Source of the DNA: Callorhinchus milii
Lineage: Eukaryota
Assembly (NCBI RefSeq): GCF_018977255.1
Contig: NW_024704743.1
Span: forward strand, 102,736,001-102,800,000
DNA: 64,000 nucleotides
Direction: 5' to 3'
Shown: positions 1 through 64,000 of the stretch, piece after piece
Position numbering within the stretch: the first letter of the stretch is position 1
Layout of the letters: each line of letters opens with the position of its first letter
Notes under the pieces: generated by a model
Databases searched by the model: none
What the model was told of the DNA's origin: nothing
The model's input: only the letters and a program-made list of their open reading frames with translations
Program-made: the position numbers and the translations under genes

Positions 1-1055
1 ATCTGAAGTCTCGGACTCAATTACCACCAGGAAATTGGTTCCATTTATATGAAGAGGTTTGAACACTGGGCTTGGTCAGTTTGTGATTTTTTTTCTGTTT
101 AGACGGAGCTTACTTCAGTGCAGACAATGACTGTATCCGGTCATTAAAACACTGTGACATTGTGTGTCACAGGACTAGCCATTGAATTATTGGGGCTGCT
201 GGTTTGTCGAGAGGTATATTAATCTGAATTTGCTCACTGGGAGGTTGCATTTAAGAATGTGAACATGGTTGGTAACTTTTCAAAGCAATTTCACTGTACT
301 TCATGAACAAACTCCATTGCTGCAATTCTGTTTTTATTATGTTACATCACTGTGCTAAATAATGCAATTTAAATTGAATGCAGTTCTGGGGCTGGAAACT
401 ACATGTGACTATACAACAACAACAAATTACATTTATACAGCATCTTGCAGGTCACCTTTTATATATAGTAACTAGGTATTGAGTCAACCTATTTTGTTAC
501 AACACAGGCCAGAAAGCAGATAACACATTTATTCAATTTTCATCTGTTTTCTTTGTTAATTTGTCAATAGTCACAGATTGTATTTATTTTAATTATGCTT
601 TCAAGCTTGTGAACACAGTAATTTATTCTCATAATTTAAAAAATCCCCAAACTGGTGATAGTCTGAAAAAAGGTCACTGAACACATCAGCAATTTCCTCA
701 TATGTTGAACTTGAACCTAGAATAACATACAATAGATTACACCTTCAAAAATATCTGACAGCAATTTCAAAGGAACTCATTAGACCTCCAGCAGTCTATT
801 TTTGACAAGTTGTTGATGAAATCTGAAACATGTTATGCCTCTTACTGTGCCTCATCATACTGACTGATCAGTTAAGCAATGAAATAAAGGCAAGCATGGA
901 TATTTGGATGAAATTTACATGCTAGCTATATCAAATATATTGGAAAGGTATGTGAAATCAGGGGTTTTCAAATAACAACGTCCCTTGTGTCACAGGATAA
1001 TAGAACAAAGATATCAATTTATGTCAAGGCAACACTAATAAATACACTACAGGAC

Positions 1056-1372
1056 GTGGAGTAATGTAGCTTAGTGGTTAGAGCACTCGCCTTGCAAGCG
1101 AGAGGACCTGTGTTCGATTCCCAGGCAGGGCAAAATGTTAGGCAACTTTCCTTACTCCACACACCTCTGTTTACCTAACAGTAAGTAGGAACCTGGTTGT
1201 CAGTTGATTGCTTTTCCAAGGGTAATAAACCCTTAAAAAAAGTACAATAAAATAAAGATTTGGTCACTCAATCCACAACTTTATGAATCACTGCTGGACG
1301 CAATTGGCTGTTTTAGAAGTGCTTTTAAACATCTTGAAGACATGAAAAGATGCCATATCAAATGCAAAGATT
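1056..1372 (+). mobile_element. tRNA-derived SINE, family A (tRNA-Ala-like head, DeuSINE-like 3' part, L2-type tail)
   Basis: A box TAGCTTAGTGG, B box GTTCGATTCC; homologous to copies at 5317, 38485 and 46420. Confidence 0.88.
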
Positions 1373-2004
1373 AACACGCAGGCGGCAGCAACACAGCTAT
1401 TTCAATAATACAGCGTGATTCACGTGAAATGCCTAAAATGCTTCCTTACAGTTATGTTAAACAAACTCGAGAGCGATGGACTAAACTATTACAAAACATG
1501 GATTCAGAGATAGCATGAAATGCAGCATGAATCACATTGCCAAGCAGGTCATTAATGAAACACAGACCTGAGGTGTTGCTATTAAGGGAAGTGATTAATA
1601 TATCATATGCTACAGCACTTATTCAATGTGAAGAATCAGGAAAGTAAAAATGACATTATGGATAGATCTATTTGTGAATAAAACCACAGTGTGAGTACCC
1701 TGTGAGGTGGGAATGAAATGCTGCTAAGAGTCAGTACTGAAATCTGACTGACATTAGGTCCAATGATCATACTGAGAATGGTGGGGGGTCCTCACATGAC
1801 TATAAACCCTAATTTTTCTGAATAGATTTGATATGTTAATTAACACATTAAGGGGTAGAAATTCCAAACTGGGTCTTGGTTTACTCTATTCATGTCGCTT
1901 TTCAATGTTCAGAATTTGACAAATTCTTAAATGACCCTAACCTCTGGAATTCCCTCCGTCAATCTTTCCACCCCACCCCCTCTCTATCTTTAACTTGGCG
2001 GCAG

Positions 2005-2264
2005 CAGGGGTCGCCAACTGGCTGATCACCACTAGGTGATGCTGTTGCACTTGATCAAAAAGACAAGCGGACGAAGCAACAGAATTGCGTCGTTATTGAG
2101 TCACGTTGAAAATGAAGCCAGGTGCATCAAGTATTTCATGCACCTGGAAATAAACATATACATTTTATTGTTAAAAATGCAATAAATATCGCTCCTGCCT
2201 GTTGTTTTTATTGAGCATGTGTGAGCTGCCACCCAGGAGTCGATCGATGGGTTAGAGACCCCTA
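2005..2264. mobile_element. hAT (Charlie-type) MITE nested in an L2 3' end
   Basis: TIRs CAGGGGTCGCCAAC / GTTAGAGACCCCTA with subterminal GATCGA; L2 sequence on both sides (1940-1990, 2275-2360); TSD not recognisable. Confidence 0.7.
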
Positions 2265-2371
2265 GCCTATGGTCCTCCCCGTCCATTCCCCCTTCTCTCT
2301 TGCTCAACGTCCAACCCCTCAGCGTTCATTGCTCTGAGACACTATCCTGGGTGAAGCATATATAATAATAA

Positions 2372-2535
2372 TAATAATTCTTGAGTTTGATATAGAACCT
2401 TATCACATCTTCAAGACATCTCAAAAAGCTTCACAGATATACTGTGAAGTGAACTGACTATATTTTGTGGGTGAAACATGGCAACTAATTGAGCACAGTA
2501 GTGTCCCACAAATAGTCGTGGATTGAAATGACTAA
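2372..2535 (-). mobile_element. SINE 3' fragment
   Basis: Reverse complement of SINE 3' region with (TAA)n. Confidence 0.8.
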
Positions 2536-3848
2536 TATGTGCAAGTAGTTGTTGTAATTTTGAAGCAAGGACTGAATTTTAAAATTTGTCAAATTCTGGA
2601 TGCTCTGAAATACTACATTGAAAGAGTGAGATGAGACTCAGGTGGAGTTTCAACCTACAATTCTGTTAAGAAATATTGCAATATTCCTTTCTTTGGTAAT
2701 CTATACCCAGTCATGGAATCTTGTGGAGAGCATAGCAGAGACTTGCTTTCCTTGAAGAAAAGATGCGGATCTTTACATAATGAGAATTTGATATTGATGT
2801 AAAGAGAATATTTGACTCAATATGTGAGTATCCAACCAGACGAAATAGATCGAAAGTATCAAGGTTCAAAGTGGATTGCAATATTTTTTCCTCCCTCAGA
2901 TAGTGAATATGTGATTCAACACAGGAATATGCAGGACCAGCAAAGACCAATGCAATCCACCTGACCTGTCACGTTTCCAAATATTATCTCTCCCCGTCAC
3001 ATATTTCCTCAATCCCTTTCACTGTCAAAAAAATATCCAATTTGCTTTTCAAAACTATCTTCAATGTTTACCTTAAAAAAAGAATCTGATAGTTGATAAA
3101 AAGGAAAAGCATTTGACATAGCACCTTTCATTTCAGGAGAACTTCTCAAGACGCTTCACAGGAACTACAGAAAAGAGCGGCAGATATTTTTCTGACATAA
3201 CACTTTCTGATTTAAGTAGTTAATTTGTGGGCAACTGTAGTAACTGTAGTCCTAAGACTTCATGAAGCACTTTGAGATGTTGTTCCAACATCAAAGGCGC
3301 AATAAAAATTGCAATTGTAATTCTCGAGGCACTACAGTGTTGGTCAACTTTTTTGGTCGGCCAACCAAATATTCTTGATTGAATATTTCTTGATTTATGG
3401 CCACACCATAAATATCGCTACTCAGTAGCTACTGGCAACAAAATATTGATTTGACACAGACTTACCTAGACTAGAGGGAATGTTTGGTGGGACAGTTTTG
3501 GCTCGCAGGACACGAGTTGCCCACTATTACACTACATTTAATCACCCGACCCTGAAAACTCAGTGACACTTTCCATAGGCTTTATAACGAATGGTGATTA
3601 AATATACAAGCTTGAGTAGTCAGCTTCATTGAGCAACCTGAGTTCTAAATAATTCATTACTTATAGCAAAATAGGTTGGGATAACATGGTGTCCATTTTG
3701 CAAGTTGTTAAAACCATATGTTAATGTTTCATTGGTGGTTATTCACATAATTAAGGGCAACAATATTCCCTTGTATTACATATGTATTTATACAAGCAAA
3801 AATACCCCAGTAATTCATCTTCTATGTAAGTACATACAGCTGTCTTAC

Positions 3849-59117
<55,269 letters not shown>

Positions 59118-62100
59118 TTAAATGTTAACAGGTATGTACAACTTAAATCCCCCTCATGTTGCTCTCCTGAAAAGGACTGCTATTGCCAAGCAAAGCTAAC
59201 TGCTTCATAAAACAGTTAGTCATAAAACAGAATTCCATAAATATAGTACCACTTAACAGGAACAATGAGGTCTAATTTATATATAACAATTAACAACAAT
59301 TCCAAATGGGATTTCTTAATAAGTAATCCAAATCATGCAAATTGGGAAGCTAGACATTTCTGTTTTAAAAATATACTGCAAATTGGACCCATTGGTATCA
59401 CATAATGCTGTATGATGTCTCGAAGACATGATAAGGCACTTGAAAACATAAGAATTATTATATTATTACAAGTGTGCAGCCACACGTAACTGACGTGCAG
59501 TGACTGGGGCTGGAAAAGGGACAACTATACATTTGTATATTAGAAAAGGAGTGAAGGGAGTCTGCACGGGGTGGTGTGGACTCGTACAAAAGAGGGTCAT
59601 ACAATCTGAGATCCGACATATGCATCTATATTGGTGTACTGTGATTCTGCTCCATTCCCTGGCACTGGTTTCCAGGTTAAATTGACACTTGGAAAGTTGT
59701 CAGGTTGAAAGCTGAACTTCAACTTTTCCACACTTCTTTTATCTGCAGGAAAACTTCAGGTAACCCAGGCTATGATTTAATCGTCCCATGTTTGTGCCAA
59801 AAAAAATAATGTTACCTGTCACAAGTTGGAAGGCTCAGAAGGATTAAAATGTACAGCAGGCTGAAAGTCAGACAAATTGAGGGCAACTGTCACTTTAAGA
59901 ATTCACTTTAAAAATAGGTCAGGAATTGCTGAGATTTCATTATGACAGGAAGCTTAATCTAATCCAATTGCATTGGAAGTGGCAGGTGTTGCCTGACAGT
60001 TTGAACCTTCTTTGAATCCTTTTCACAATACAAACTTTGCATGAGGGTCAATTGGACAACTGGCTGCTTGAAGGGCTATCAGAGGTTAAAATAATATTTT
60101 TCTGTGCCACCTGCTTTCCCAAATTAGCCAACGACTGAAGTGGAGCATCATTGCATAAGGTTGTCAAGGCTGCCTCTTGAACAAACCACCGTGTTGACAA
60201 ATAGTGACCAAACTTAAAAGTGCAATCCTGTGAAGCCCTGTGGGACATTTTGACAACATTATACATGTTAAATCAACTGCAAGGAACGTTGTTATTTATT
60301 TGATGTCAAGCCTGACTGGAATGTCACATTTGGAATATGCAATGTTTTTTTTTCCATTATTTGAGGAAAGCCAGCAATCTCACTTTAGTGGAGAATAATT
60401 TCCTGCACTTTGATGTTCCAATATCTAAACTTCAAAGACACACTGGAAGAGCTCAATTTGCTATATTAGAGTACATAGCTGGTACCGTCCTACAAGTTGG
60501 TAGCTTGTTTCATAAGATGATGTGTGAGGAATATGTTTAAGATTCCACATTGTCTTATTACACTGTACTTGACAGCNAAAAAATCATAATTTCATCAAGC
60601 CCAAGAGAAGAGAAAATCCAGCAATTTACAAGAAAGGGTTTTTACTTAATTGAACTCAGAGATCAAAAGCATGCGCCTGATTTACAAAAGGGTAAAGTTA
60701 TCCATCACAAACTGTTTGTTGTTTTTCTTGTCAAGTGTGAAAACTCTGGTATTTTAGCCTCTGGTTGTTCTTTTTCTCTTGCTTTGTATTTGGTCTTTTG
60801 AAAATAAAATGAATAGTTGGTTAAATCTGAAAACCTGCTGGTTTGTGTTTGCTGTATCTTTTCAACAGACTGTAAGCTCACGTAAGGCATTCTGAGCCAG
60901 TAACACACCGTTACAAGCAAGTAATTGGTAAGTAACTCTTGAGCCCAGACAACAGAGCAGGATAAGACTACTGTAGGCAATCAGAGTATGAGGAAATCTG
61001 CTCACAGGAACTATTGGCACACCAATGATGAGAAAACAATGCACATAAAACCCAAGTTAAAAATTTCAACAGTTTAAAACTCAAATGTATGGGAGAAACA
61101 GTCAAACATACAGGAGAAAGACAATTGCAAGGAACCCTCACTTTTAGAACCAATGTTTTAAAAAAATGGTTTGGTGCTGTAACTGCTCTCGAAACCTTGG
61201 GATAGAGATGAGGCAAATTGCCCAGAGTTCCTAATCATGATCATTTTCTGATGGAAGGTGTAACATCAGTCAGCAAAGGCACAATGGGGCTTTGATATGA
61301 TGGCCTTCAGATCAAACAGCTTGCCAGTACTCACTGCCAAGCACACACGTGGATAATGATTGCTTCAGTGAAATACTAGATGGTTATCAGCTCCTGTCTC
61401 CCGTGACCTATTTCTGACCAACACACCTCCAATCGCAGATCCCAAGTGTAATTGCAGTGCCCCTACTGTTGCCCCAATTTAGATCAGTCTTTTCAACATG
61501 GACTATGGATTCCTCTCAGACCTTGCGTTACACATACATCATTTTCACAGTAAGCAGTGGCTTTACGGACAGTTGAGTAGATCAAAGAATTCAATTAATA
61601 CTTCAGTGACACGTTCTCCTTGTTCAGTGGCTTCTGTATTAATCAATTATTCTCTAATATTTCACGGTTCTTCCTGGATTTGCACGGCCTGCCTTGGTAT
61701 GTCAAGATATTTGTTGAAAAAAATGTTCCAGTTATTTAAAGACTGACAGCAAATTGTTCCACATTAACACAAAAGGAAGAACAAGAGTTAACTCCTCTTC
61801 GCTTTGCAAATTTACAACAGTTTTTATTGTTCACGAAGAGTGGTGCAATCTCAGATGAGAAGGATTGATGAATTCCTGCAAATGACACATTTGTAAGGCT
61901 TGGCCTTCGGGGATAATAAGCAAAGAGATATTAATCTTGTACGTGCAAGCACTCAACGAAGAATGATGGACTGGTGGGTATTAAAGCCATGACAACCAGA
62001 CAACCTGCACAGTGCTCCTTAACAAAAGATAAACCATTATCAGAGCCAGTCAGGAATGCAGAAACACTAACTTAAACCTATACCCTAATACAGTAGAAGT

Positions 62101-62149
62101 CCTGCTATATTGATGCTTTATTTATAAGACAGGCATGTGTGCACCTGTG

Positions 62150-64000
62150 TGCTCCGCTTTCCTCTCCTCACTGTCCTTCTGCTCAGAATGCCTGCTCATA
62201 ATGGGCCACTTCAACCTCACCTAAACTCCCCTTGCACCACATCCTCAGATTTCACTGCCCTTCCCTCCTCCCTAAACCTCACCCTCCACATCAACTCGCC
62301 GACCCACAACCGTGGCCACCCCTCAACCTCATCATCACACATGCCCTCAACATTTCCAGCCAGTGCATCACGGACAAGACCATTTCAGATAATTTCCTCA
62401 TCTACTTCTCCTCTCGCATCTCTCTCACGTCCATCAAGACCGCCCATTGAAAAGGCTTCCCCCCCGAGACCCTCATAAAGGCCCTCTCATCCTCAGACCT
62501 CCTATCACTCTGGCCTGCCACCTTCAGTGACCATGACGCAGCCGTCAATTACTCCAAAATTCTATTCTCCACCACCCACCACCTCCACCTTCAACTCCCT
62601 CGTCCCCTTGAAATCCAGGACTGTGTCCACACCCACCCATTCCCCCGGTACAACAGCGATCTCCGCTCCCTAAAATCCCAAACCTGGTTGCTCATGCCCT
62701 GATGGCAGAAGACCAGCCTCATGGTTCACCACCAGTTGTGGCTCGAGCAGCTGCACACCTACCGCCGCTACCTGTCGCAAGCAAAAACTGCGCACTACTC
62801 AACCATCTTACTGGAAGCCAACAATAATTCCAAAATCCTATTCTCCACTGGCCACCACTTCCTCCATGCACCCCCTCAAGCACCCTCAATCATCACATCT
62901 AACCTCTGCCCCATGTTGCCTACCATCACCCCCATTCCATCTCCCATACCCACCCCATACTTAGCTTCTACCACGGCCCCCATTTTACATTCATTTGCCC
63001 CCATCTCTCCTTCCTCCCACTCATCTACCATCACTACAATGAAACCCACCACCTGCTGCCTCACACCCCCTCCCCAGCCAACTGCTGATCACCCAGCTCT
63101 CCCTCCTCTGTCCACTAGCGGCAGACACTATTATCAAGTCTCTCTCCTCAGGATCAGTCCCACTCGCCCTCAAAACCGCGGCCATCACCCCACTGTTTAA
63201 AAAACCTACCCTTGATCCCTCCAACCTCGGCCACTACCGCCCTATCTCAAACCTGCCCTTCCTTGCCAAAGCTCTGGAACACATTGTTGCCAACCAACTT
63301 CGCGCATGCATCTCCCTCCACACCTTACTCGAACCCCTCCAGTCTGGTTGCCGCCCTGCCCACAGTACAGAGACAGCGCTCGTGAAGGTCACTAACGATA
63401 TCCTCTCTATCTGTGACCAGGGCTCCCTCTGCCTCCTCGTCAGCCTGGACCTCTCCACCTCATTCGACACAGTCGATCATGCCATCCTCCTACACCACTT
63501 GTCATCCATCATCCACCTCAGTGGGACTGCACTCACTTGGTTTGAGTCCTAACTTAGAAATCATCAGAGCTACATTTCTGCAAATGGCTTTTCTTCGCGC
63601 TTCCGGTCACCTGCGGGGTACCCCAAGGATCCATCCTTGGCCCCCTTCACTTCTTCATCTATATGCTCCCTCTCGGTGATGTCATCCACAGGCACAGAGT
63701 TAACTTCCACATGTACGTGGATGACATTCCACTCTACTTTCCACCTCTAGCTGCGACGCCCAGTCCCCTGATGTCCTGTCAGCTTGTCTGTCAGACATCA
63801 AGAGCTGGATGAGTGCAAATTTCCTGCAGTTAAACATCAAAAGACGGAAGCCATACTCTTTCGCTCCCGTCAATGTCTTCTGTCCCATGGTTCTGAACTC
63901 CTCAACCTACCCGACCTGTCCTTAAAACTCTCTGAACCCATGCGCAACTTAGGCATCAGGTTCGATCCCCAGTTATCTTTCTTCCCCCAGATCCGGTCCC
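62150..64000 (+). mobile_element. L2-clade LINE ORF2 relic (AP-endonuclease C-terminus plus reverse transcriptase), frameshifted, running off the window
   Basis: IMGHFN (GDFN), [70 protein letters not shown]. Confidence 0.93.

Noticed and set aside
1411..1539. Imperfect inverted repeat GTGATTCA...TGAATCAC, possible MITE
   Set aside because: Too short and degenerate, with no TSD seen.
62150..64000. Active retroelement or domesticated RT
   Set aside because: Multiple frameshifts and stops; endonuclease motifs degenerate.

Overview
Vertebrate genomic DNA, not prokaryotic. The window holds an internal part of a CUB and Sushi multiple domains gene on the minus strand, recognised from its protein sequence as CSMD3. 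I resolved 25 coding exons between 59044 and 3849. All introns are GT-AG, all phases are compatible, and the exons total 3753 nt of continuous frame, running from the second half of CUB10 through CUB14 and on to the first eight tandem Sushi domains. Neither end of the gene is in the window. Introns are packed with decayed retroposons: L2-clade LINEs (one 1.8 kb piece with endonuclease and RT motifs), CR1 LINE 3' ends, two tRNA-headed SINE families of DeuSINE type that share the L2 3' stem-loop, two R4/Dong-clade fragments beside (TAA)n tracts, and a hAT-type MITE. The repeat content and compact introns suggest a cartilaginous fish, possibly a chimaera (inference). Most ORF-track entries are noise or transposon debris. 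I found no convincing new protein-coding system. The best leads are a 33-bp intronic hairpin with pri-miRNA geometry, a LINE/SINE shared hairpin with a compensatory change, R4/Dong targeting of SINE tails, ultra-short L2 insertions, and a SINE read-through that could add a hydrophobic tail to CSMD3. Exon coordinates are base-resolved; repeat boundaries are approximate.
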